Origin: the human T2T-CHM13v2.0 reference genome, Homo sapiens
NCBI RefSeq assembly: GCF_009914755.1
Contig: NC_060948.1
Length of the DNA: 64,000 bases
Strand: one strand, 5' to 3'
This document shows, piece by piece, positions 19,250 through 37,825 of the stretch (positions are counted from its first letter, which is position 1; the number at the start of each line of letters is the position of its first letter). The position numbers and the translations under genes are program-made. The notes beneath the pieces are model-generated. The model did not search any database, was not told the DNA's origin, and worked only from the letters and a program-made list of their open reading frames with translations.

Positions 19250-22200
19250 TACAAATAAATTAAAGGTGATAAAGGACTCACACAGTAAATCTGGCAGTCT
19301 CCACCATCAGGAGATCATCACTACAGGAAGGCTTTAACCTATTAGTAGTTAAGATTGACTGATCCAGAGCTTGAGTCAATCCTTCCAAGTACCTGTCTCT
19401 TCATTCCAATCATGATATAGTATAACTACTGCTTAAGTGGAAATCATCACAGCAGTCTGCTCCAGCATGACAGGTGACACCAGCAACTGTCTGCCCTGTG
19501 TGAAAGATTCATAACCCCACTGGCAGAGACAGTTTGGCTCTCAAATGGTGAGAACTATATCTGATTATGTACTCAGTGGTCAGGCAGGCTCTGGACACAG
19601 ATCTGTACCCTTTCAAGAGAGACAGCCGAGAGAGCAGAAGTAAAGAATTTTCCATGAAGTGTCATACTGATTAAGATTTTGTTCTCGGTAAACTGGCATA
19701 TTACCTCAAGACTGCAAATGTTTACAGGTTGGGACCAGAGAACATCTCCCTTCAATTAAGAGCAAGTATCATATTGCCTAAGGGTTAACAGTACTTAAAT
19801 TTCGAAAATGTGTTCAATTTGGATTCTAATAAGCCCTTCGCTTCAAATAATGTTTCCCTCAATCTTCTCCATTCCCCATGCTTTTATTCACTTAAATGAA
19901 GAAAAACTCACTCAGCTGTCTTACAACTTGGCAACTTTTGCACTATGGTTATACATGTCTGATTTCTTATCATCAAATTATGTTTTTTGAAAGTTGAGGA
20001 GAAAGAAGATGAAGAACTCAGAAAATGAAATCTGCATTTTCTCAAAGCTCATGAGTCATCTTCAAACAGAAGTTGTATGTTCCAGTCTCCAAATCTCTAC
20101 TTTGTTACTCACTGATAATTCTAATTTTGAGGAACAATAAATGTGGCCTACTAATTGTGATAAAAATCCCAAGTATGACTTTCTTTCAGATCAAAGGTGA
20201 GATAGCTGAGTAACTCTGACACTTGAATAGAAGAAAGTCCTGTTGAAATTGGCTTCTTACAAATTCTGTACATAAGAGCTGAGACACACTAAGTAATGGA
20301 ATGATACACCTTTACAGCCTTGATCAAAGAAATTCCTTGGAAAAAGTCTATTATAACAAAACAGCAAAGGAAAAAAAGAATATGGAAGCTGGAGTGATAA
20401 GCATTAGGACTTTTCATGTTACAGATGAAGAAACTCAGCCTTGGAAAAGTTAAATGATTCTTATTTAAGGTCATATATTCAGTAACAGAACCACCTAAAT
20501 GCTTTCTACCCACCACTTTAGAGGTGTCTGAAATAGAGTTCATGGCCAGGGTCAAGAAACTACTTGTTTCATGGAACATTTTCAATGCTTAATACCATCT
20601 CCCTAAAAATAGCTTTATTTTAGTATATACAGTGTAAACCGATATTAGTCTACCCCTCCAATAATTTTATATAAGGAATGTGGCCAATTGGTCAATTTGA
20701 GTTGGTTACTCCTAACTAGACTAAATGCAAAACACAAAGATCTCTTTAAAGTGCTTTGGTTACCACTCTGTTTCTTAGCATGAGTCTGGATTAGAAACCT
20801 CCTTCCTCTCTTGGCTACCTGTCTTAATCACAGCCCCGCAATGGTCTACCCTGCTGCCAAGTTGGTGTGTAGAGTAAATTGTTGTCCCATGGAGAGAGAT
20901 TTTTCTATTTAACTCCAGATCACTCTGTGCCCATAAACAAGTGTTTCACAGGCCACAAGAGCACAGCCTGAGAGCTATGGCTTGGGCAATGCTCCATAGC
21001 TGTCAAGTAAGCCTGGGGAAAAGAAGGAAGACAATTCTGGGATCTGAGTTGAGTAAGGAGTGAATGCCACAAAGAAATTAGGGGCAGTTTAAATCTGCAG
21101 AAAGTATAAATCAGCACACCAAATATTATCCCTAAAAGGAGATATTAAATAAAAGGTTATTATTTTCCCAGCATATTTTCATCAAGCGTTTTATATAGTC
21201 AAAGCTAACAATATGTTATTAATCCATAACACTTATTGTCATGTTCTCCCACAGGTAGAGTACTACATGGTAGAAGACACGAGAGAAAGCAGTTATATAA
21301 CCCTAAGCAGTACAGTATACAGTTACAATTTTCTGTCCAATGAGTCAGATGCCTGAGAGATGCAACTCAAACACCTACAATGAGGGGTAACATATACAGA
21401 TATTTGTCAAAACTTAGTGAACGTATACCTAAGATTTGTGCTTTTCACTGTATGTAAATTTTACTTCAAAAGAAAAATAATACTGTAAAGACGTATTTAA
21501 CTCTAGTTTATAGTTAAGTATTTGGAGAAATTATTACTAATGTCTGAAATGGGATGAATGGATGAAGGGATGGATACATGACAAAGCAAATACAACATTA
21601 ATAGTGGACGATAGCTTGTGTGGGTATATGGGGGTCACTGTGAACTTCTTTCAACTTTTCTGTGTTTGAACATCTTCATAATAAAAATTTTTGGGAAAAC
21701 AAGAAAGTAAAGGGGATGGGCAGGTAATACAAATTAATAAAGCAGGCTCGGTGTAACACAGTAGAGATAGATGGGGCCTGGGGCACTGAGAAACGCATGT
21801 TCTGCCTAAAGAAGGCAGCTGCCACTCAACTCCAACCAGTTGTTACTTTGTGGGAATCTGGCCCCAGTGTTGTAATCTAATTTTTAAAAAGGAGTTTCAA
21901 ATATAGAAGTTTTGTGTGCAAAAAATCTTTAATTTTAAAATACCATATGGGCCAAACACTATATTTTTAACTTACCAACTCATTTTCTATTCCAAAGATT
22001 TAAATTTTCGAGAAGAAATTGGGGGTTTCCTCTTGAGTTGTAAAGTTACCATTGTTATCAATAACACGTGCGTTTAAAGAGATTTCAGCTGTAGCTGAGA
22101 CCTTATACTGTAACCTCAATTCCCCTGTTGTGTGGGCTGCTGTACAATAATGCCTTGCCAGGCCGATGCCACGGTATTCATGACACTGACCCAACCAGGA

Positions 22201-23099
22201 CTTTGCTGTGGCGCAGGGAACAGCTGTGAGGCTGGGCTGGTTGGCACTGATTTCTCTAGGCTCACTTTAGGGTTATTTAATATGGAAAGAGCAATAGTAC
22301 TTGTGAGTTTGCTGCTCAAATATAGTTCCTAAGTGTAAGTCACTTAGGCTTTAAGAGAAATTAGCACTAGTTGGGAATCAGAAACAGAAAAGACTTCTAA
22401 GACTTCCTTATATTCCCTGTTTTGTCTAAGTGGTGTCACAAATCACCCACGGTCCTAAGCTCTTAACAATCTCCATGTTATCCTTTCTCACCACTGACAT
22501 TCTAATAAATGACCCTTTCTGTTCATTCTACCTCAGGGGTACTTCTCAAATCCATGTCCTCCCCAGTGTCTTAGCTGCCAGTACCTTACTTCAAGACCTC
22601 ATCCTCTCTAGCCTGGATTACAGTTTCCTCACTGGTGTCTCTCATGAGTTTTTCCCTCCCATTGGTTCAATCTTCATATTCCTACTGCAATTATCATTCT
22701 AAGATACAATTCTGATAGTATCACTCTCTGGTTTGAAAACCTCAATACCTCCCTGTTGTCTTCAGGATAAAGGTGAAACTCTTTATCACGGATGGAATAT
22801 AGGGACCTTCATGGCTGTCAACGTACCCTACCAGCCACAATTCCTTCTATTTTCCCCTAGCCTATAGGGTAAAGTTCCAATTTCTCAGTGTGGCAAATGA
22901 AGCCCTACTTAAATTTCTATGCATGCCCCTACCCCCTTTTTAGTCTATCCATGCATAGAGTTCTCACTATTCCAAAAAATGGACATTTTCTGTTTCCTCC
23001 AGACCTTTGCCTATGTTATTCTCTTTGCTTCAGATTCTCTTCATCGCTGCTGTTTCAGTGTTCTCTTTCTTCTTTATAACTCAGGTAAATAATTGTTTT

Positions 23100-23416
23100 A
23101 TTTTTATTTTTTTAATTTATATTATAATTTTTTTTGAGACGGAGTCTCACTCTGTTGCCCAGGCTGGAGTGCAGTGGCGTGTCTTGGCTCACTGCAACTC
23201 CACCTCCCAGCTTCAAGTGGTTCTCCTGCCTCAGCCTCCTGAGTAGCTAGGACTGCAGGCGTGTGCCACCATTCCCGGCTAATTTTTTGTATTTTTTTAG
23301 TAGAGACGGGGTTTCACTGTGTTAGCCAGGATGGTCTTGATCTCCTGATCTCATGATCCGCCCACCTTGGCCTCCCAGAGTGCTGGTATTACAGGCGTGA
23401 GCCACCGCACCCAGCC
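23100..23416 (-). mobile_element. AluS/Y
   Basis: Reverse Alu dimer, lying in L2-like sequence (~22430-23670). Confidence 0.88.
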
Positions 23417-25132
23417 CAAATAATGCTTATACTGGGAGGTTCTTCCTGTAGCCCCTTGACCAAGTTAGCAACTTCTTACTCTGCACTATAACACTTTGTA
23501 CTTAGCTCTCATTTTATATTAGAGATTATTTCTGTTGCATTGTATCATTTACATGTCTCTTTCCACCACTAAATGGTAAAGTCTTAATCATTTTTTATTA
23601 CTACATTTCTGCCTGAGGACCATGTCTGGTATAGTACAGGCCTTATTAATATTTGTTACATGAATAAATGGAAATGCACATTACAGTCAGGGAACACTGA
23701 TTACTGAGACAAATTCTTAACCTGTTCTTTGGTAATATGAGTCAGTGTCAGATCAGAACTTTATCTTCTTAGATTTTCTGCTTGTGCTAACAATTAGACT
23801 TGATGGACCCTCAGCAGCCAGTGACTCTGTTATGGTAAAACACAGTCTAAAGCCCCTCAACTTCCTTTACCAGCTATAGGAGTCAGCTATAGGAGCCCTG
23901 ACCCATTGTTTTTCCTTCCCTCTAATCCTAACTTAAATTAACTTTTATCTCTTATGAATGAAATCTGACTGTGATCTGTTTACATGTACAGGAACTTACA
24001 TAGAGCTTATATTCATATTTAAGTATAACATTACTTATATAGAACTATATTTATGTTTAAGTATATCATTTTTGCTCTTGTGTAGAAAGGAGGGTACCTT
24101 GTTAACTCTGGAGAGTATACAAGGGTAATATAATAATAGCAGCTAACACATAACATTTAACTGTGTACCAGGCTTGAAGTGTTTTTATGTACATTAGCTC
24201 ATTTAATCCTAATTGTATCCCTATGAAGGAGTTCTTATGATTGGTATGATAATTTAACAGATGAGGAACCTGAAGCAGACAGAAATAACTTGTTCCAAGA
24301 ACACAAAACTACTTAACCAGTAGACCTGGGATTTGAACTCAGGAAGTCTTATTTCATAGTCTGTGCTCTTTTTTCTACATTGCTCTGACCTCAGCACTGT
24401 CCGAGGCCAAGGAAATGCTGGCTATGAGCAGAAACATAGTTGACCTCTCTTAAAGCTGCATCTTGTTTCTGCTAGGCCTAAACAGTCCAAATCTGGGTAT
24501 AATCAATTTTGTATATCTGATAATACAAATTCACTATTGAGGCTGAAAACAGAAGACACACTAGAGATTAAGACTTTAGAAATCTGAACAACTTGTTTTT
24601 TTCCTAAAAGCATCAAGCATAATGATACAACAAAACATGGCCTGTAGTCCAAACTTCAGACTGCTATGTCCTAGAAGGGAAGTAGAATGAAAAATACAAA
24701 CCAATAAATAACACAAACATCCCTTGAGGTCACAAATAGAAGAGTTAGATTCCACTCTCCCCAAGTAGCTTAGTGGTAGTACCAAGGTAAAAAGAAAAGC
24801 TTCCGTGATTTGGTTGGTAAGAGAAGGCATTCCTAAGTCCAGGAAAAGATCAGGAATAGCAAAAAGGTAGAAACCTCATGTTTCAAAAGTAGAATATGGA
24901 CAGGTAAAAACCTGAAAGAGGACTCAAGATTCACTGTTAAGGCAAAGACTTTCCACATAGCCTGGCAAAGCAATGGCATCCCTTTATGGAAATGAAAATG
25001 AGAAACGCCCCCTGTCTCCTTTGATGGTAAGTGCTTACTTATCTGCAGTCAAATCTCAGCCTCCCGGAGCACTTCGCTAGCAGGGTGCTCAGAATTAGGT
25101 GAAGCTTGCCAAGACAGAAAATTTCAGATGCT

Positions 25133-25287
25133 TGTCATCTAGCATTAGGTATATCTCCCAATGCTATCCCTCCCCCCTCCCCCCATCCCACAACAGTCCC
25201 CAGAGTGTGATGTTCCCCTTCCTGTGTCCATGTGACCCTAAAACTTAAAGTATAATAATAAAAGAAAAAAAAAACTTAAAAAAAAAA
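25133..25287. mobile_element. Very short 5'-inverted young L1 (L1PA2-like) insertion
   Basis: Antisense 3'UTR piece at 25133-25234 joined to sense accctaaaacttaaagtataataat plus A-tail. Perfect 17-bp TSD agaaaatttcagatgct (25116-25132 and 25288-25304). Confidence 0.93.
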
Positions 25288-25734
25288 AGAAAATTTCAGA
25301 TGCTGTCGCAGAGGCACTGAAGGTTAAGGAAAGAGTGTGTGTTACCTTGCTTTCAATCTTTCTCAACTGTCTCATTTATAAAGTGTCCTCAAGGTGAAAC
25401 TCTGAACAACTGTTATGTAGGACAGAGGTAGAGGAGAAATTTCAGAACAGAATGGAGGAAGTTATAAGATACTGTATAGGCAAAAGAGTCTGACTTTAAT
25501 GTCACAGCCCATCCTAATCTTTCCACAGCTAAGTTTCTTAGCTATACAAGAAAAACACCAAATTTAACCTTCTTTTTATTTCAGGGTTGATGTGAGGACA
25601 CAAGATGACAAATATGAAAACAGATTTTTAAAAAGATAACTAGTACATAAGTCCAAGTATTGCTATTAAATATGATATTCTTTGTGTTAATTAATAAAAC
25701 AAAATATACTGTAAGGCAGTATAGTGCATTGATT

Positions 25735-26340
25735 TAGAGCAAACTTTCTCTGTAAAGAGCCAAATAGAAAGTACTTTATTTGGGAGACCAAGGTGAATGA
25801 ATTGCTTGAGGGCAGGAGTTCAAGACCAGCCTGGGCAATGTGGGAAGAATCTATCTCTACAAAAAAAGAAAAAAATTTAAATTAGCCAGGCATGGTGGTG
25901 GACAACTGTAGTCCTAGCTACTCGGGAGGCTGAGATGAAAAACTTGCTTAAGCCCAGGAGGTCAAAACTGCAGTGAGGTATGATTGTGCCATTATACTCC
26001 AGTGTGAGTGACAGAGCCTGACCCTGTCTCTAAAAAAACAAGAGAAAAAAGAGCAAAAAGAAAGAAGTACTTCACACTTTGCAGATCATAGTCTCTTGCA
26101 AACATTCAACTCTGTCATTATAACCTAAAAGCAGCTATGGACAATACTAATACCAATGACTATAGCTGGGTTCCAGTAAAATTTTATGGACACTAAAAAT
26201 CTGAATTTCATATAAGTTGCACATATCACAAAATACTTTTTCAGCTAATTAAAAGTGCAAAACTATTTTTAGCTTATAGGTTGTACAAAAACAGGCAGTG
26301 GGCTGGATTTGGCCCATGAGCTGTAGTTTGCTGACTCCTG
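25735..26340. mobile_element. MER58B-like element interrupted by AluJ (~25778-26050)
   Basis: gcaaactttctctgtaaagagccaaatag...ggatttggcccatgagctgtagtttgctgactcctg. Confidence 0.75.
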
Positions 26341-27019
26341 ATTTAGTGCATTGGCCAGAAAGTTTGAATTCAAATGTCAGCTGTGGAACTTAATAGCAAT
26401 AACACCTTGTATAAGTTACTTAACTTCTTTCTGCCTCAGTTACCCCATCTATAAAATGGGAATAACAGTACTATTTCTTTCTTAGTATTATTATGAAGAT
26501 TACATATCTTTATATGGACACAGCAGTTGGAACAGTGTCTGGCACAACTTAACTGCTCATGCATATTGCTGTTAGCTATTATAAACCATTTCCATAACAA
26601 TCTCTAACAATTCTGCAAGTGTGCCACAGTTTCACATGCCCTCATATATTTACACATGCTGTTTCCTCTGTCTGGAATGCATTTTCCTGCTTAAAGCTTC
26701 TACATGGTCTGAAAGACTTAGTTTAAACATTACCTTCACTATGAAGCCTGCCTTGACTATTCTTCTCAACCTAGCAGATACTAGCCACTACCATCAGTTT
26801 CCCATTATCTATTGTAGTACATTGGATTTTATTGTAGTTATCTTTGATAGGTCAAATTCTCAGCAAGACGCCTTGTATGCAGAGTCTATGACTTACTAAT
26901 TGTATCCCCAGGGCCCAGAATAGTTCTCTACACACACAAAACATGTATTTGCTTAATGATATTAACAATACAGAAAGCAAGCTAATACATTAATAATGAG
27001 GATAGAAATCTCCTAGTTA

Positions 27020-27392
27020 TGTGCCATAAAAAGGAACAAAATCATGTGCTTTCCAGTAACATGGATGCAGCTGCAGGCCATTATCCTAAGTAAATTAACA
27101 CAGGAACAGAAAACAAATTCTGCATGTTCTCACTTATAAGTGTGAGCTAAACACTGGGTATTCATGGACATAAAGATGGCAACAGTAGACACTGGGGACT
27201 ACTAGAGCAGAGAGGGAGGGAGAGAGAAAGGGAGAGGGGCTAGGGATGAAAAACTAACTATTGGGTACTACACTTGCTAACTGGGTGATGGGATCAATCA
27301 TACCCCAAACTTCAGCATCACACGATATACCCATTAACAAACTTGTACATGTACCCCCTGAATCTAAAAGTTGAAATTATAAAAAATAAATG
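27020..27392 (+). mobile_element. L1PB-like 3' end fragment
   Basis: gccataaaaaggaac...catgttctcacttataag...catgtaccccctgaatctaaaagttgaaatt plus A-rich end. Confidence 0.8.
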
Positions 27393-27435
27393 AAATGAGA
27401 CCTTTTTAATCTATCATTAAGGAAAAAAAAATATC

Positions 27436-28010
27436 GGCCAGGTGCAGTGGCTCACGCCTGTAATCCCAGCACTTTGGGAGGCTGAGGCAAGCAAATCACG
27501 AGGTCAGGAGATCGAGACCAGCCTGGTTAACACGGTGAAACCCCATCTCTACTAAAAGCACAAAAAATTAGCCAGGCATGGTGGTAGGTGCCAGTAATCC
27601 CAGCTACTCAGGAGGCTGAGGCAGGAGAATGGCTTGAACACAGGAGGTGGAGCTTGCATTGAGCCAAGATCCCGCCATTGTACTCTAGCCTGGACGACAG
27701 AGCAAGACTCCGTTTCCAAAAAAAAAAAGAAATCAGGCCAGGTGTGGTGGCTCACACCTATAATCCCAGCATTTTAGGAAGGTAAGGAGGGAGGATTTTT
27801 TGAGACCAGCTTGGACAACAAAATGAGACCTCATCTCTACAAAAAATTAAAAAGTTTGCTGGGCATGCTAACACATGCCTGTGGTCCAAGCTACACAGGA
27901 GGCTAAGGCAGGGGGATCGCTTAGGCCCAGAAAAATGAGGCTGCAGTAAGCCATGTATGCACCACTACACTCCAGCCCTAGGTGACAGAGCAAGACCCTG
28001 TCAAAAGAAA
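27436..28010 (+). mobile_element. Two tandem Alus (AluSc/Y ~27436-27730; AluJ ~27736-28010)
   Basis: Two consecutive dimers. Confidence 0.88.
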
Positions 28011-29207
28011 GAAATCTCTTAGTTATATGACAAATGTGAATATAATTAAATATGAAAATAATTTCTAATATCCTATTTTGAGTAAAATTTACCATGTTAA
28101 TATCCATCCCCAGGCATATCCAGTGAGCATCCAGAGGTTTTCTTGGTGCTATTATTAGTTGGTAGCACATATCTTAGAATCCACACATTGATAATCACAA
28201 CACTAGGTTTTAGAGATTCAAAAGGTCATCTCCCACCTCAATTTACAAAAAATATATATATATATGTTTAGTACTGAGGGGAAAAGGAAATAAAATAATG
28301 AAATGTGAAATTTCCACCAATATAACAATGTACATAGCAAAAAGCAAGAAGTTAACAGAATGAAAGCCCTTTTCTGAGCCTTCTCTTAAACTCTTAAGGA
28401 AATAGTCAATCATCAAAAGGCTTCACCAAGGCCATTGAGAGAAGTATGCTTTTTCAGCTAGTCAGGATTCTAACTAAAACAGAGTTACTTGGGCAACATA
28501 AGACATTACCCTTCCCACTCTCAACTTGCCAAGAGTGTTGTGTCCCTTTGCTTAGACTTCTGCCAGGCAAGCTATGATACTGTGCCCAAATGATCCTGTG
28601 CCAGACACAACAATCCCTCTGACAGAAGGTTCCTTGTGTCTACTAATTCTAGGCTAACCAGCACGCCTGGCATACTGTCTCTTAAAAAAATCAAAGCTGT
28701 TTTGGGAGAACAGGTTAAAGGAGGAAGGGACTCCAACAACTGAATAGTGAATATTTTCCAAAAGGCAATTTAATATCATCAAAATCAATGAATGCAATAA
28801 TAATGAAGAGAGTTCAGTGAAGATTCAGATCACAACCCCCAGGTGACACTAACATGACAGTGAGGATGAAGTAGGAGCTTTCAATTTTCTAAGTTTTCTA
28901 AGTTAATGTCACATATGTAAAAATCCCAGCTGTTTGCTGTGGAAATAATGACATCAGAATCAGTTTGTCCTTGAGTTTTCGTTTTTGCTTCTTTTGTTTC
29001 TAATGTGTGTATGCATGTGTGTGTAATGCACTGGCTAAGAATTATCCATTTTTCCAGAGGTCTATTTCCCTCTTTCAGAGTATGAGATCATATACTATGA
29101 GAATCTGCCAAATTTAAGGAATTTGGCATATTGTCTCCTAAAAAAATCAAACATATAGAAAATACTTTTTAGCTGGGCGTGGTGGTGCACACCTGTAGTC
29201 CCAGCTA

Positions 29208-29322
<115 letters not shown>

Positions 29323-30771
29323 TCAAAAAGAAAATATTTATATTAGGACTATGCTGTATTCTTGCCAGTGCCATTGTTATTACTACTACCATTACTATCA
29401 TGATTTTCTTCAGTGCCAGAAAATAGCTGCATGTATAGTATTTAATTATTGCTGAATTTGGACATTCTCATAATTGCTAACTTATGGGATAGTAACTTTA
29501 GACACACTATTATCAAAAACTTTTTTTCTTCCAATATGTTATTTTAATATATCTGACTAAAAGGATTGGGTTTTCCTATATTTTAGATCTAGATTAATTT
29601 CAATGGAATAATATAAGTTATAATGCCATCCATTCTTCCAAAAAACTCAAATTTTAAATATATCCCCATGTGTCTTCCCAAAAGTCCTCTAAGGAAGGGA
29701 AAGGTTGAGGAATATCACAATACTGGTGATAGCAGCCAATATTTTTTCTGGTCTATTTGAAGCTGGGCATGTGGAAAAGACCTGGCAAGAGAGTAGTATG
29801 AAAAGACAGCCTACCACAAAGCTATGAGAAATTCTAGAATTTAAAAACTGTTTAGGAAAGGATGAGTGAGCAAAGGTGGTATAACCAGAGAAGAGAAAAG
29901 AAAAACAAATGTATCATGGAAGTCATAGGATGAAAGCGTTTCAAGAAAGAGTGGTTGATGTTGCTAACAGTCAAGTAAGCTGAAGAAAGGAAATGTCAGA
30001 ATTAGCAATGTAAAGGTCATGGAGGACCTGAGCTTGAAATGTTTCAGTGCAGTAATTGGGCAAGAGCAAGATTAAGAATGGAATGAAGAGTGAAAGGAAA
30101 TGAGAGCATTGATAAGTCTTGAAAAATATGGCTAAGAAAAGGAGGAAAGAGACAGAGTGATAGATGGAAGCCAGGAAGGGGCCATAAATTGTTGTTATTG
30201 TAAAATGAAAGAGACTTGAGCATGTTTAATTATATTTAGAAGCATTCACATGAAAAGAAAAGGTTGGCAAATAAGGTTGGATAGTGTGAGATTAAAGAGA
30301 AAGGCTCCAAAATAAAGACAGAAGGATTACCCTTAAATGGGAAAAACTCTCCACTGCAATAGGAGGGAAGGAAAAGAGAATGCCTCAGACATAGGTAGAG
30401 TGGTTTAGAGATAAAAATTGAGCCTGGGCAACATGGTGAAACCCCATCTCTACAAAAAATACAAAAATTAGCCAGGCATGATGGCACGCATCTATAGTCC
30501 CAGCTACTTGGGAGGCTGAGGTGGGAGGATCACTTGAGCCCCAAAGGCATTGCTTGCAGTGAGCCAAGCCTTACAGTGTGACACTGCACTTCAGTCTGAG
30601 TGACAAAGAGGGACCTTGTCTCAAAAAAGTAATAACAAATAAGAAATTCCCATCTGATTTCTCTGTTTTCTATCTTATCTGTGAAGCAGTAGTAATCACA
30701 GTAGTAACAGGGGTAGTGGTAGGAGCAATAATATCAATTAATATTTATTAAGGGCTTACTATACATGGGTG

Positions 30772-30863
30772 AAACACTGCCCCATATATTGAATATTAAT
30801 GAATTAATATTCATTAAATACTGCCCCATATAATGAATGTTAATGAATTAATATTCATTAAAT
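30772..30863. repeat. 2 x 44-bp tandem repeat with internal AT-rich palindrome, inside MIR-like sequence
   Basis: actgccccatata at 30776 and 30820; each unit contains tgaatRttaat-ga-attaatattca. Confidence 0.9.
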
Positions 30864-32101
30864 CCTCCTGGCAAGCTAATAAGATAAATATTACTATTAT
30901 TACCATCATCATCATTTTTAGAAGATTAAGTAACATGCCCAAGGTCATATGGCTAAAAACTAAGGAGCCAGCATTCAAATCCAATCAGTCTGGCTCCAGG
31001 CATAATTCTGAACCATTTTATTAAACCAACTCTAAATTTAACAACCTACAGGGCACTAGAGACTTTCACAAGTCTCATGTTAAAGCACTTGTTAAAAGGG
31101 TTTTTTTGGTGCAGTGATAAACACAAAAGCCAGATCAGACAAGTTGTGGAGTAGGAAGCAAAGCAGGAGGAGGTGATATCAACTGTTCAGAAAAAGGAAG
31201 GAAGTAGAATGGTCAGAAGGGTGAGGATCATACAGAAGTATGAAATGATCATTCCAGAGAAATGAGTGAGTTGGCCAGGGACATACGATTGGGTTTCCAG
31301 ACAAGGGAAAGGATCTATTTGAATTTGGGGACCATGAATGTAAAGTAATAAAAACGTATACTATTTGGTGATTTTCATCCACTTAGGTGTAACCACAGAG
31401 AAATCAGAGTTAGGTTCATCCAGTTAGGACGTTGACAGATAAGTTCAAAAATTTCAGAGAGGTAAGGAGTTTAGGGTTTAGGGAAAGTGTTATTAAAGTA
31501 AACAGAATCTAAGCAAGACAAGAAGAAAAGCTGATGAATTATAAAGAAGTAAATGGGAAAAAGAATTGGAAGTCCCAATTAGAACTGGTTATAAAAGCAG
31601 TGATTGAATTAGCAATTCCACATTATGGCCAAAAAGCCAGATGCATTAGAGGAGGAGCAGATATAGGTGATATTTGTGTCACAGGTATAACTGTGGAAAT
31701 GGGTGACAGAGCAAGGTTGAGGGAAAAATCACCCAAAATGAGAAACATTTTCAGGAACAGTCACCCAAGTGAATGTTGGATGATTTGATAGAAAAATGAG
31801 ATGGAGAGTAAGTTGTGAGCTAAGTCTTTGATGAATGAGGGAGTTAAAAGGTGGCATGAGAATCAAAGGAGCAATGGTATTTTATTTTTATTAGACGGTA
31901 TAAGAAATAATGCTCAGGAAGTAACAATGGGGAACAACATGGTCCTAATACTGCTTCCTAACACCGAGTTATGTGAGACAAATGAAACCTAAACAACTTG
32001 AGAGGGCTTAAGTCTATGACAATAGCATAACTAATGCTGTGGGTTCCTAACTTCCAAACCAAAGCTCCATCCAATATCAGGTATACTATAGCTTTTTTCT
32101 T

Positions 32102-33183
<1,082 letters not shown>

Positions 33184-33324
33184 GTCTTAAAGTAATCTAG
33201 TAACACAGAGTATATTTTTATTGTTAAGAGAAAAAAAATTAAAATCTAACTACAATATATCCTGCTAAAATACTGTCCAGATACTTATGTGCTTACATGT
33301 ACTTTTCATATATCTTTCAGAATT

Positions 33325-33587
33325 TTTTTTTCTTTTTTTGAGATGGAGTCTCGTTCTGTCGCCCAGGCTGGAGTGCAGTGGTATGATCTCAGCTGGGATC
33401 TCGGTTGGCGCGATCTCAGCAGTGGTGCGATCTCACTGCCACCATGCCTGGCTAATTTTTTGTATTTTTAGTAGAGATGGAGTTTCGCCGTGTTAGCCAG
33501 GATGGTCTCGATCTCCTGACCTCGTGATCTGCCTGCCTCAGCCTCCCAAAGTGGTGGGATTACAGGCGTGAACCACCACGCCCGGCC
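33325..33587 (-). mobile_element. AluY/Sc with internal rearrangement
   Basis: Reverse Alu in which gatctc is reiterated four times and part of the right arm is missing. Confidence 0.85.
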
Positions 33588-34299
33588 ATCTTCCAGAATT
33601 TTTAAAAGTGTAAATGGGGACATATTATATGTACTTCAGTGAGTTTTTCTTTCTACTTACAATATTCTTATAGAATGTTCTTGCATAGTGTTAGTACAGG
33701 TTTATGTAGGTCTACCTCTTTTGTTTTTTATTTATTTATTTATTTTTTAGAGACAGGGTCTTGCTATGTTTCCCAGACTGGTCTCAAACTCCTGGCCTTA
33801 AGCAATCCTCCTGCCTTGGCCTCCTAAAGTGTTGGGATTACAGGAGTGAGCCATCATGCCCAGACCTGGGTCTACTTCTTTTGTTCATAACAGCAAAAGA
33901 TTTCCATACTGTGAATATCTAACCATTCCCCCATTTATATAAATTTAGGTTTTTCCTAATTTTTTTTACAAGGAATAAAAGAACATTTTTGTATATACAT
34001 CTTTCTGTACATATGCTAGAATAAGGAAAGAAATAAAACTTGGGAGCCAAATGATCTGCATATATTTTTATAAATTCTGCCAAACTGCCTTCTGAAAAGG
34101 CTTTGCCCATTTACAAGACAGTTAAGTGCACCCATTTCCCCAACTCCATATCAATATCCATGCTTGAAAGAACTAATTCTTTTGGTTCAAGGAAAAAAAA
34201 AGAACCAATTTTTAAATTTCTGTTAAAGAACTGGAAAAAAAAAACACTGTTTCGATTTGCATTTTGCTAATAATGAAATCTGAGAAGTTTCTCATGTGT

Positions 34300-37825
<3,526 letters not shown>

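Noticed and set aside
22000-22332. Short ORFs as a hidden alternative exon
   Set aside because: No recognisable homology and no convincing splice-site pair.
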